Notes: generated by a model not told the origin, from the letters alone. Shown: positions 11,201 through 21,222, counted from the first letter of the stretch. The stretch: 64,000 nucleotides of DNA from an uncultured delta proteobacterium (GCA_963760795.1 CAVXEP010000025.1:64001-128000), one strand, 5' to 3'. Numbers and translations are program-made.

Positions 11201-11690
11201 GCAATAGAAGTAGTATTGCCACCCCAGCCGCGACAGGAACGTAAGGACGCACGCTCTCCCAAGCACCAACCCCCACCCTCGCCTTGGGCTCGGCCTGCTC
11301 TTTTCGCTCCATAGTAAAAATCTCGGTTGGAGCGCTCTCCGGCGATTGGGCTTCACTTACTTCGGCGACCGCCGATGGATCTTTTGTGGAAAACGAGAGC
11401 TTCGGTCCGCGGGCGGAGAGTTGAATGACATCCCCGTCTTTCAGTTGGACTGGTTTATCGATCTTGCGCGAGTTAACCAGAGTGCCATTACGACTCTGCA
11501 AGTCCTTTAGGAAATATCGCTCACCGTCGCGATATATTTCCGCGTGATAGCCAGACACGGAGATGTCTATTTTGGGATCGAAACTGAGGTCGTTATCGCG
11601 TTGTCGCCCGATGCGGATCGTCTGGTCATTATCAAAACTCTCTAGTTGGCCAGCTTTGCTGCCTTCGATATGGGCTAAAAAAATCGGCAT
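8263..11690 (-). CDS. tssM: FHA-domain/TssM(IcmF)-like fusion, split by several single-base frameshifts
   Basis: N-terminal FHA (IGR..N, VSGYHA, LQSRNGTLVN), 2 TM, PWYLVIGEPGGGKS, WWFF..AVFLDTAG, PINGVV, FPVYIAVTKSD, then FRGLFLTSARQ and a TM. Track ORFs 10335-11690, 10049-10354, 9040-10260, 8718-8951, 8525-8764 and 8263-8622 chain together; extra bases visible at ~10355 and ~10261. Confidence 0.85.
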
Positions 11691-12188
11691 AGATGAAATT
11701 GCGGAGACGAGGGCCCGGTTACACGATACCGCGAATACTAATCGATAATTCGACTGACAGTCAAGTTGTTCTATAATTTCAAAGAATTACGTACTTTTGT
11801 TGTGCTACCGTTGCCGACAAAGATCTCCCAGCTTGCGTCGTCGAAATGACGCTCGACGCCATGGCACGACGGTGCTGGGCGTCTCTGATACGAAGGATTC
11901 ACTCGCGGAGCACGCATAGTTAGGCATACACTATCGTGACGCAAAGTCGGGATTAGCGCGATCGAGGAATAACGTCGTGGGGATCCTGCCGGGGGAACAG
12001 AGGCTAAACCGAGTCGGTGGAGTGGGGAGAGCGCTACCTTTGACGGTGTTCCGAGGGCCGCGGCTCGGATCGTATGCCAACGCATGCTGGAGCAGCATGC
12101 ATCTGGCCGACGTCTAACGTCGGAATGAACGAATAGGCTTTCAAGCACGGCGAGCAGATGAGGGTACGACGTAGATCTGAGGCGAAGT

Positions 12189-12220
12189 AAAAAGACCAGC
12201 TTTAGGACTCGGTCTTTTTT
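12189..12220. terminator. Intrinsic terminator-like hairpin
   Basis: AAAAAGACC...GGTCTTTTTT inverted repeat downstream of the OMP gene. Confidence 0.5.
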
Positions 12221-12261
12221 GACACGCGGAGAATATCCTCGGCAACTATCCGAAAAATTAC

Positions 12262-13172
12262 TCAGAAAACAAAGGTGATACCGATTACCCCACCCTTCGT
12301 TATGTCGTTCTCATTGGTCAGGAACGACCAATCCTACGGCTCGGATCCAGCTTGTAAACGACTTATCAATGACTTGGTACCTATATCCTGCAGTCAAAGC
12401 GATCGGTAAGCGTCGGCAGTTTATAAGCTATGCCACTTTCAAAATTGGAATACCATGCGTGGTTGTAATTGCGAAGTTCCCCGTTCAGCGCCAGGCCGGA
12501 CCGGTTAACAATCTTCCCTGCACATCTAAATACCCACCAACGAGCGTTGCCATAAACGCTAAACCCCGCAGGAAACTCATTCCACTGCGGTATGGGTACG
12601 TTTAACGATAGACCAACGGTCGGGCCTTGCAAGGCATATTCAGTCTTAAATTACAGCAAAGGCGGCTGACAGCAGTCAGAAAGTTTGAAACACTCCTTTA
12701 TAACCAGCTGATACCGCAAGCCATGGTAAGACATAGTAGCCCAGGTTAACGTCCACTTCTTTGCGCTTCATACGCATGGTCTGTTAACTCACCGACAATT
12801 GGGGAAATGGGGCGGATCTTGGTATATCTGGCGCGCTGGTAACTTGTTCCAAACATACCACTCGCGGAAATAAAAAAATCTTTATATCGTAAACCAAACG
12901 TCGGTATTAAGTTCATTCCGAACGTTTCCAATTTTATTGGGCCGCTCCCACTGAATACTTCTCCCGGGCGCATCCAGTCGTTAAACCAAGTTTTGAAACC
13001 GACTGAGATGTTTAGACCGTCGGGCAGATCGATCGGGCAACTTAAACATTGTGTCAGTCGGCGCCGGCGCTGAAGCGGGCTCCGTTGGTTGCGCGTAGGA
13101 AGGGTTGAATTCCCCCTCCCAAGCGATTGCAACAATCGCAGTAATGACGAAAATCCTGAACATTTTCTGCAT
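12262..13172 (-). CDS. Putative outer-membrane beta-barrel protein (frameshifted)
   Basis: Signal peptide MQKMFRIFVITAIVAIAW..., amphipathic strands (GLNISVGFKTWFNDW, QGPTVGLSLNVPI, NFESGIAYK), ends NDITKGGVIGITFVF-stop with a terminal Phe; spread over several frames. Confidence 0.65.
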
Positions 13173-13474
13173 CGCAACTCCTCAGCCGACGATTTTCACG
13201 ACAGCAACAACCTGAATTCCGCCTCGCAAATCAGCCCATAGATTCAAAACTTTCGCCAAACTGTCATAACCTGTAACTCGATGTCAAGGTCTATTTGGTG
13301 GCTTTGTCGTAGCAAAGTGATTCGGACAGGGATGGGCGGTGAATACTCCGGTTAAAAAGATCGACAAATCATGGTATTCTCAGGGCAGGAAGAATCAGAG
13401 GAATCATTGATTGGGCTCATACTGCCGCGACACGCGGTCCTTCCACAGTGAACATAGATCGCCGTTTTACCATT

Positions 13475-14089
13475 TTACATATTGGGAGGTAAAAAATACC
13501 ATCTCGAAAGGGTCTCTTTTTTCACTGTCGTCCGAATCGGCTGATCGCGCTGTTGTGCTTCAACCAATTGCCCCCGTTGAGGTATCTCCGGACCCTTAAC
13601 TGGACAGCTCACCTTATCCAGTTCAAGCTTACGCCCACCTGTGGTCATCGCGTTGACTTCCTCTTGGATCTCGTTCCACGGGGTTTGCTTCAAATCGTTG
13701 ATCTCACGATCGACCAAGATTCGGACTGGGGCCTGATTGTAGTCTTTCGTGAGACCTGCCAGCCGATCCAAGCGGGACTGATATATTCTTCCTGGGATCT
13801 CGGAGAAGGATATAAGCTGCGACCGGAACGAAACCATTGGGTCCGGCCGGCCGGAGTTCGCGTTTACGTTACTTAGGCATTGATAGAATTCATAAACTCG
13901 ACGGCGCGCTTGAGCCCGCACTTTTGAATCATCATTGGCGATGTTTAAGAAATCCCAGTCGGACGAATAAGGCGACGGAAAAACGCCAACCGCAGAGTAG
14001 CTTGCGGCCCAAGGCGACGGCACATCGACCAGGGCGCAGCCCGAAGTCACAACCACCAGGAACAATAGTCGTGGCAAGATTTTATTCAT
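13475..14089 (-). CDS. Hypothetical lipoprotein
   Basis: ATG 14089 after a GGAGGG RBS; MNKILPRLLFLVVVTSG-C lipobox. Confidence 0.7.
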   Translation of the reverse strand: MNKILPRLLFLVVVTSGCALVDVPSPWAASYSAVGVFPSPYSSDWDFLNIANDDSKVRAQARRRVYEFYQCLSNVNANSGRPDPMVSFRSQLISFSEIPGRIYQSRLDRLAGLTKDYNQAPVRILVDREINDLKQTPWNEIQEEVNAMTTGGRKLELDKVSCPVKGPEIPQRGQLVEAQQRDQPIRTTVKKETLSRWYFLPPNM

Positions 14090-14241
14090 GGAACCCCTCC
14101 CCATCGCTAAACGGATTTCACATAGTCTGAACGTGACTAAAACAGATTCTATGCCCGTTGCGCTACAAATTTGCCGTCTTTTTTCCCACACAATCTACTC
14201 TTGATTTTGCCCATCGTCAAAACCGCAAACGAGGCCGCCAG

Positions 14242-15750
14242 CTAAAAACTCGGCGGTATGAACGGCTGTTTAGTTTTTTGCGGTGGCCGTTCCTTGAGCT
14301 CGCGCTCTAGCTGATCCAAGCGCTGTCGTTCCTCTTCTAGCCGTTGCCGCTCGCGAAGTTCTTCCCGCGATTTCTCCTCGGTCCGTTTGCGCTCCGCTTC
14401 GGCCTTTTGCCGTTTCTCTTCCTCTCTTCGCCGCTCCTCTTCCTGAGCACGCCGCTTCGCATCTTCGGCGGCTTTTTGCTTTTGGGCTTCCGCCTTCGAG
14501 CGGATTTCTTCCTCTCGGCGGCGTTCTTCCTCTTGGGCTTTTCGCTTTGTTTCTTCTTCGGCTTTCTTTCTCTCCGCTTCGGCCTTTTGCCGTTTCTCTT
14601 CCTCTCTTCGCCGCTCCTCTTCCTGAGCACGGCGCTTCGCATCTTCGGCGGCTTTTTGCTTTTGGGCTTCCGCCTTCGACCGGATCTCTTCCTCTCGGCG
14701 TCGTTCTTGCTCTTGGGCCTTTCGCTTTGTTTCTTCTTCGGCTTTCTTTCTCTCCGCTTCGGCCTTTTGCCGAATCGACTCTTCAAGCTTTCTTTTCTCG
14801 TCAATGAGCCGCTGGCTTTCTTCCTTGAGCTTACGATCTGCTTCCGCTTTCCGACGTCTTGCGTCCTCCGCGCGCTTTTGTTCATCCTCTGACTTTTGCT
14901 TTAGCTCGGACTCACGTTTTTTAACCTCTTCTTTTATGCGCTGCTGTTCAGCCTTTTGCCGCGCTGCCTCGTCCGATCTTCTTTTGTCCTCATCCTTGCG
15001 TCTCTGGGCCTCCTCGGCCTGTCTCTTGCGTTCCGCCTCACGCGTTTTCGCGTCTTGTAGCCGTTGCTGCTCGAGTTCCGCTTTTTGCCGTTTCTGTTCG
15101 TCGAGCTTTCGGCTAGTCTCTTCTTTCCGTCGAGCTTCTTCCTGGGCTTTGCGCTCAGCTTTTTCTTTTTCTTCTCTGGCTCGCCGTTCACGCTCCGCCG
15201 TTTCTTTCGCTTCGCGTTCCTGACGCTCTTGTGCCTCTTTGGCTTTCTGTTCACGCGCAGCTTTTTCTTTCGCCTCTCGGTCAAGCCGCTCGCGCTCAGC
15301 ACGCTCCTTAGCTTCTTTCTCCTGACGCTCTTTGACGGCCTGCTCCCGAGCTGCCCGCTCCTCGCGCTCGCGGTCCGCCTTTTCTTTTTCTTGGCGCGCC
15401 CGCTCAGCCCTCAGTTTTTGCTGGGCTTCGGTGTACCGCGCCGCGGCTTGTCTGATCGCGGAAAGCGCATTGTCGTCCGCCCCGCTTGACCGCAATTGCT
15501 GTTCTGCCGCGTTCGTATAGTCAAAATTCACTCCATGCTCGTTGACGACTTGGGCAACCCGCGCCGGGCTGACTTTATCCTTCAAGAGATCGGTGATCTC
15601 CTTTAAACTGAACGGGCCTCGCCCTTGAGCGAGGGCGCAAACCACCGCCGCTAGCGCCAACACATTCCCAAGCAAAGAGAGCGCTGATTTCGCCGGCACG
15701 AGCGAAATTGCCCAGGGTTGCTTCACCTCGACCTTTGTCTCTGGTTTCAT
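14242..15750 (-). CDS. Secreted protein: small helical N-domain + long E/R/K-rich charged helix (TolA-like composition)
   Basis: Signal-like VLALAAVVCALAQ, then ~380 proline-free E/K/R/Q/A residues; C-terminal KQPFIPPSF; start uncertain. Confidence 0.75.
   Translation of the reverse strand: MKPETKVEVKQPWAISLVPAKSALSLLGNVLALAAVVCALAQGRGPFSLKEITDLLKDKVSPARVAQVVNEHGVNFDYTNAAEQQLRSSGADDNALSAIRQAAARYTEAQQKLRAERARQEKEKADREREERAAREQAVKERQEKEAKERAERERLDREAKEKAAREQKAKEAQERQEREAKETAERERRAREEKEKAERKAQEEARRKEETSRKLDEQKRQKAELEQQRLQDAKTREAERKRQAEEAQRRKDEDKRRSDEAARQKAEQQRIKEEVKKRESELKQKSEDEQKRAEDARRRKAEADRKLKEESQRLIDEKRKLEESIRQKAEAERKKAEEETKRKAQEQERRREEEIRSKAEAQKQKAAEDAKRRAQEEERRREEEKRQKAEAERKKAEEETKRKAQEEERRREEEIRSKAEAQKQKAAEDAKRRAQEEERRREEEKRQKAEAERKRTEEKSREELRERQRLEEERQRLDQLERELKERPPQKTKQPFIPPSF
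14385..14772. repeat. 180-bp (60-aa) tandem duplication within the charged-helix gene
   Basis: Lines at 14401 and 14581 are near identical; the GGCCTTTTGCCG register recurs at 14761. Confidence 0.9.
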
Positions 15751-15844
15751 CAAGATGTTCAACTCAGCAAGACAATGCAACCAGGCTAAGGTTTTTCTAA
15801 TGACCGCCTCGTCCGTTGGATGATTTGCGCTAAAGGGAGAGGCT

Positions 15845-17443
15845 TCAAGAGTCGCACCGCGAGTTCGTCAGCCCGCTACGCCGTTCGGCCTGGCAGGCAC
15901 TCTTGGTTTGTTGATATTCGGATTGGACGAGCTTGTTTCTAGGATCGATTGCTTTAGCTTGGCGGAGCGAATCGAACGCAACATCGTAGTTCCCCTTATC
16001 CCGCGAGGACCGGGCGATCTTGATGATCTCATCCACCGTCGGCCCAGGCGGCGGCGCTTTGGCCTTGACGGTCACATTGAAAGCCGCGCTCTCTGCGCCC
16101 TGGTGCTTCACGGAAATCTGCGCTATTCCTTCATTGCGCGCCACCACTTCGCCCTGCCCATTAACGGTAGCTACCGAAGGATTGCTGCTTTGCCACTCTA
16201 AATTCTCAGTAATCGCTGTCTGGGTTCCGTCGCTAAAGTTGCCACTAACCGTTAGCGGACCTTTCTCGCCGACTGCGAGTTCTCGCTGTCCGGTCAATGC
16301 CAGTGCGACAACCTTTCTTGGCGCAGGGTCGTGACTTCCAAATCCACCCATGAACCACAACAAGGCAATAACTAACACAACAGCACCCGCTACTGCCGCG
16401 CCCATAATCGGAAGGCTATATCGCGATGTCTTCGGCAAGTCCTCCCGGTTAAGAATCATGGTCTGTGAAACGGTATGATTCACCGGTACCTCGTCTATCG
16501 CGATGCCGTTCGCCTTCTGTAATCCCTCCACGACCGCGTGCATATCCTTGAGCCGCTTCTGGGGCTTTTTTTCCAGGGCTTGCATGACCAATCGTTCGAT
16601 TACAGCTGGCACCTCGCGGCGTATTTTCCGCAGCGGTGCCGGCTGTTCCTGGAGATGCTTGATCAAAACCGCGCTTGGCGTAGAGGCTTTGAACGGAACC
16701 GAGCCGCTAAGCATTTCATAGAGAACGACTCCCAAGGCGTAGATGTCGGTCTTCTCGCTGATATCCGTGCCTTCCGCTTGCTCTGGAGCCATATAGGCAG
16801 GGGTTCCCATGATCACCCCAGTGCGGGTCAGGTTGGCGGCATTACCAGAATCCATCATGCGCGCGATGCCAAAGTCCATCAGCTTGATTTCTTCAGCGCC
16901 ACGGTGGCCCAAGACCATGATATTGTCCGGCTTGATGTCACGATGAATGACTCCGGCCAAATGCGCTGCTTCGAGCCCTTCCGCGATCTGGAGGCCCAGT
17001 CGGACCGCCCGCCGAATTTCCAGTGGGCCGTCGTGCCGGACTACATCGCTCAGCTTTGCACCCTGCAAAAACTCCATGGCAATGAACAAGCTGCCATCAT
17101 TACCCTGGTCGAAATCGTATATGGTGACGATATTTCGGTGGTTGAGCGAGGCGGCCAATCGAGCCTCCCGGCGAAATCGGCCGATAAATTCATCGTCGTT
17201 GGCATAGTTTCCCTGCAAGACTTTTAGCGCAACTTTGCGGCCTACGCTGATCTGCTCGGCAAGATAGACCGAACCCATGCCCCCCTCGCCGATCTTGCTA
17301 ATTACACTGTAGCGGCCCTTAACAAGTTTGCCTAAATAAGGATCCTCTTTCACCCCGACAATTCGCAGAGTCGCGCCATCGGCCTCACAATGCTCGACGG
17401 CATGTTCGTAGTTTCGTTCGCAAAGTGGACAGTACTTCATCAC
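15845..17443 (-). CDS. Membrane Ser/Thr kinase 1 (Cys4 ribbon-kinase-TM-Big_2-TPR-like cap)
   Basis: GEGGMGSVY, VALK, HRDIKPDN, DFG, GTPAYMAPE; TM; WQSSNPSVATV Ig-like group 2 motif. Confidence 0.92.
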   Translation of the reverse strand: MMKYCPLCERNYEHAVEHCEADGATLRIVGVKEDPYLGKLVKGRYSVISKIGEGGMGSVYLAEQISVGRKVALKVLQGNYANDDEFIGRFRREARLAASLNHRNIVTIYDFDQGNDGSLFIAMEFLQGAKLSDVVRHDGPLEIRRAVRLGLQIAEGLEAAHLAGVIHRDIKPDNIMVLGHRGAEEIKLMDFGIARMMDSGNAANLTRTGVIMGTPAYMAPEQAEGTDISEKTDIYALGVVLYEMLSGSVPFKASTPSAVLIKHLQEQPAPLRKIRREVPAVIERLVMQALEKKPQKRLKDMHAVVEGLQKANGIAIDEVPVNHTVSQTMILNREDLPKTSRYSLPIMGAAVAGAVVLVIALLWFMGGFGSHDPAPRKVVALALTGQRELAVGEKGPLTVSGNFSDGTQTAITENLEWQSSNPSVATVNGQGEVVARNEGIAQISVKHQGAESAAFNVTVKAKAPPPGPTVDEIIKIARSSRDKGNYDVAFDSLRQAKAIDPRNKLVQSEYQQTKSACQAERRSGLTNSRCDS

Positions 17444-17956
17444 TAAAACCCAGTTAAATCCCAGCCGCTACTTACCAAGTTCCTTGGTTTTTAGCAAAGT
17501 AGCGACAAATAGAAAACCGTCAGCCAATTTGCGACTTAGGCTTCGGCTGACACAAAAACGTCATAGCCCATGGCTGGGAATTGTCAGTAAGTTATCAAAG
17601 ATCATCAAGGCGCTACGGTTTCTGAGACTGCTTCGACTTTCCAAGATTAACTCACGATGTCGCGTTGTCATAAACATCGCCTGTCCTCGAAACAATAACC
17701 GGCTCAGGACAACAAACATCTCCCTTTTGCGCCGATTTGTCGTATAATTACAAACGTTTTGAGTGTATCAGCCCGACATTTGAACGTCGGTTTCGATGGA
17801 TTTTCAATAGACTGTTTTAAAGCTATACTTTGCGGAAGAGGAAGCGATTACTAGGCAAAAAAGAGTTCAGCGCGCTTCGTTGCGTCATGGACAAGTCAAA
17901 CTTTGAGAATAGTTTACGCGCCCCGCGGGCCATCACAGTCTGAATTAGGCAATCCA

Positions 17957-20143
17957 ATGAAAAACTGCCCTAATTGTCATCGACAGTTTAGCGATGACGC
18001 AACCACCTGTGAATTTGACGGCACCCCCCTCGTCGGATCGGCTTCAACGCAAGATCCACTCATCGGCACAATTCTTAACCGCCGGTACAAAATCCTCGAT
18101 CAGATTGGCCGCGGCAGCATGTCGAACGTTTACCTCGCCGAACAACTCCGCGTCGCAAGAAAAGTCGCGGTGAAGCTACTGGCCGAAGAATTTTGCCGTG
18201 ATGAAGCCTGCATCAAGCGCTTCCAGCAGGAGGCGAAAATTGTTTCAAGCCTAGACCATCCGAATCTGATACGGATCTTCGATTTCGACCATACGGACGG
18301 CGGCGGCTTGTATATCGTGACGGAATATTTGCGCGGGCAAACCCTTAAAGCGATCATCGATCGCGGTGCGATCGAAATCCCCAAAGCCGTGCGCTTCGCA
18401 GCACAAATTGCCGATGGCCTTGGTGCCGTCCATCGAGCTGGGATCGTTCATCGCGATCTTAACGCCAAAAACGTGATGGTGATCGATAACGAAACTAAGA
18501 TCACCATCACGGATTTCGGCTTTGCCAGACTGCGCGAAGCGGAGTCCGTCGCAAGACTCACCCAAGTCGGCACCGCTTTGGGCGGTCCTGAATATATGGC
18601 CCCGGAACAGATTGAAGGCCGCGAGACCGACGAACGAACCGATATCTACTCTCTAGGAATCCTGCTTTACCAAATGCTTTGCCATACCCTGCCGTTCACC
18701 GCGCCGACACCGGCCGCCGTGTGGATGCAACACCTAAAGGCCGCCCCCATGCCGCCGACTCAACTACGCCCGGAAATCTCGGCAGAATTAGAACAAGTTA
18801 TTTTACGTGCTTTACAGAAAAATCCTGAACTCCGTTGGCAGGGAATGACGGAATTTGCCGAAGCGATCCGGCACACCGAAAGAGTCGTTGGCCAGAAATT
18901 GTCACCCTCGTCTGAGCATCCGACCTCAGCGCTAGATACGCGGCCAAGGCTAACAGAAATCAGCGACTCACCGGTAACACACCCAGCGGAGGCGTTGAAT
19001 CGCCGCACAGTTCACACCGACGCGAATTTCCGCACTGCCGATGCCGCTCCCCAAACCGTCATCATGGAATCCTTCGATACATCAACCGTCAACTCTGAAA
19101 GCGACAAATCTCGGTACGAATCGGTAAACAGCAACAACCAAACAATGGTACTGACGAAGGCTCTCGAGATCGGCCCACGTCCCGGACGAAATTGGCAGGT
19201 GTGGAGTTTGGGCGCCGCCGCGCTATTCGCCTGTGCTGCGATCGTATGGTTGGGCGTGTTCTCTAAGCCCGTCCCGGAGAACCGACCGTCATCCCCTGCT
19301 GAGGATCCCAGCCGCACGACAGTCAAAGAGTTACCACCAAGTCAGATGGTATCGATTTCTATCGATGCGGAAAAAGCAGTATTGAACCTCGGCGAGGGCA
19401 CGACCCTGCGCTTAAGCGTCCAATACAGCGACGGCTCACGCAAGGCCATCAGCGGCACCGAGCCGATCAGTTGGACCAGCACAGATCCGACAATCGCAGC
19501 AGTGGATTCAAGCGGTGCGGTCAACGCGAAAAAAGTCGGCAAAGCTGAGCTGAAAGCCCGCTATTTAGGCTTGGAGACACAGCTTTTGCCCGTGCAGGTT
19601 AAAGCACCATCGCCATCCCCGGCCGCGCAACCAAAGCTCATTGCCGTGACCGTGAAAGCGGCTAAACGGGATCTGACCGTCAACGATGAAGTTAATTTGC
19701 AGGCAACCGGCATATATTCGGACAAACGACAGTTGGCAATCAAAGCCGGCGTTCGCTGGGACAGTAGTGACCCGAATATCGCGGCTGTAACTGAATCGGG
19801 AACTGTACTCGCCAAAAAAGCAGGACGCGTGGAATTGATCGCGCGCTACGATGGGATCGCTAGCGAACCACTGACCTTGCTCGTCAAACCAGCATCAATG
19901 AAAAACCCAGCCACTATTCAACAGACAAGGAAGCCATTGGCGACAAAAGTGGCCAATACCTCGGAACAAATTAGAAACGCTCGATCTCGACTGGACCGCG
20001 GTGAATACACCGAGGCGCTGGGCGAACTGGAGAAAGCCAGCAAAGTCGATCCCGGCAACAAAGAAGTGCAAGCCGCAATCCTTGACGCCAAACGCGCCTG
20101 CAATGCCGAGCGGGCATTTGGCCGCACCGATCTGAAATGTTAA
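17957..20143 (+). CDS. Membrane Hanks-type kinase 2 with atypical catalytic loop (2x Big_2, TPR-like cap)
   Basis: MKNCPNC start at 17957; GRGSMSNVY, VAVK, HRDLNAKN, DFG, GGPEYMAPE; TM; WTSTDPTIAAV and WDSSDPNIAAV. Confidence 0.9.
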   Translation: MKNCPNCHRQFSDDATTCEFDGTPLVGSASTQDPLIGTILNRRYKILDQIGRGSMSNVYLAEQLRVARKVAVKLLAEEFCRDEACIKRFQQEAKIVSSLDHPNLIRIFDFDHTDGGGLYIVTEYLRGQTLKAIIDRGAIEIPKAVRFAAQIADGLGAVHRAGIVHRDLNAKNVMVIDNETKITITDFGFARLREAESVARLTQVGTALGGPEYMAPEQIEGRETDERTDIYSLGILLYQMLCHTLPFTAPTPAAVWMQHLKAAPMPPTQLRPEISAELEQVILRALQKNPELRWQGMTEFAEAIRHTERVVGQKLSPSSEHPTSALDTRPRLTEISDSPVTHPAEALNRRTVHTDANFRTADAAPQTVIMESFDTSTVNSESDKSRYESVNSNNQTMVLTKALEIGPRPGRNWQVWSLGAAALFACAAIVWLGVFSKPVPENRPSSPAEDPSRTTVKELPPSQMVSISIDAEKAVLNLGEGTTLRLSVQYSDGSRKAISGTEPISWTSTDPTIAAVDSSGAVNAKKVGKAELKARYLGLETQLLPVQVKAPSPSPAAQPKLIAVTVKAAKRDLTVNDEVNLQATGIYSDKRQLAIKAGVRWDSSDPNIAAVTESGTVLAKKAGRVELIARYDGIASEPLTLLVKPASMKNPATIQQTRKPLATKVANTSEQIRNARSRLDRGEYTEALGELEKASKVDPGNKEVQAAILDAKRACNAERAFGRTDLKC

Positions 20144-20168
20144 GGGGGTTAGACCTACCACGGTTAAG

Positions 20169-20981
20169 CTATTTTTTTTGAAGCAGATCGACCTCTTCCT
20201 CAATCGTCCGGCCGACCGATTCTAAGCCAACGATGAATTCTGGACGATCCGTCCTTTTGTTGACAATCATGACGAGGCTCGCGTCCACCCGCGCGCTGAT
20301 CAGTTTGCGGCCATCCCAGCCGCGATTTGACTCGGTTTTTCTCACCGCTGTGTGCCAGCTCTGTATCTCTTTCAGCGCACGCTCAATATCTCTCACCGCT
20401 TGTTGACCAGGGCTGCTTAACGCGACGTTCAATCGCGCTCGTCCGCTCGCGCGAATTTGCGCGATTAACTCGTCGTCCGCGCCGGCGCGGCGTAACTCCT
20501 TCTCGCCATCGGCGTTCAAGTCAAAACTTGCCCCTCGCTCTTTCACGAGAGTCGCAACCCGCTTCGGAGAAACTCTTTCTTTTAGAATAAACAGAACATC
20601 ATTCAGCGCAAACGAGTTATCGGACTTCGACGCCGGCGCAGGCCCGGCTTCGCGAAAGGCAATAATGCCAAGGTAGAGCCGGGCCATGAAGTCGCCACCA
20701 TCGCGCTTTAATCCCTGAGCGAGCGCATTTCGAGCATCGGCAATTCTACCGGCATCATAGTAAGCTCGTCCCAGATAGGTCCAAATGCTTTGCCGGAGCG
20801 GCGGAGTATCAACAACATAGTCGGGCTGGGCCACCGCAATGCGCTCGAAGTGGGAGATCGCGACATCCGCCTTGCCGGATAATAACGCAGTGCGGCCCGA
20901 CTGGGACTCCTTCGCTACTTGAATGCCACAGCCGCTGAAAAATGAAATTACAAAGATCGAGTAAAGTAGTCGTTTTAACAT
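20169..20981 (-). CDS. TPR-containing lipoprotein
   Basis: MLKRLLYSIFVISFFSG-C lipobox; TPR-like YLGRAYYDAG..A..AL and ARLYLG. Confidence 0.75.
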   Translation of the reverse strand: MLKRLLYSIFVISFFSGCGIQVAKESQSGRTALLSGKADVAISHFERIAVAQPDYVVDTPPLRQSIWTYLGRAYYDAGRIADARNALAQGLKRDGGDFMARLYLGIIAFREAGPAPASKSDNSFALNDVLFILKERVSPKRVATLVKERGASFDLNADGEKELRRAGADDELIAQIRASGRARLNVALSSPGQQAVRDIERALKEIQSWHTAVRKTESNRGWDGRKLISARVDASLVMIVNKRTDRPEFIVGLESVGRTIEEEVDLLQKK

Positions 20982-21222
20982 CTTCAACCTCTCAACAGAG
21001 TGTAAGATATTTAACAACATGGAGGCAAACAATTGGCGAGAGCTGCTGAGCCAGCGATTAATTTGCTATGAACCGGTAACAATGAAAAAACCCATCGCGG
21101 CCACAACTTGCGACGCCATAAAGAATACTAAGAATTTGCATCACTATATAGTGAAGCCAATAAATATGTTGACATAAATCACCCACTCCTTAATCCCCTC
21201 CAGTCGGAGAGTGTGTCGTAAC

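Noticed and set aside
14385-14772. Tandem repeats here and at 21590-21995 as a possible CRISPR array
   Set aside because: Units are 180 and 138 bp, multiples of three, in-frame, without unique spacers; no cas genes
14337-15520. Long overlapping ORFs rich in F/L/S or K/R on alternative frames
   Set aside because: Shadows of the low-complexity E/K/R gene; its codon bias avoids stops in other frames
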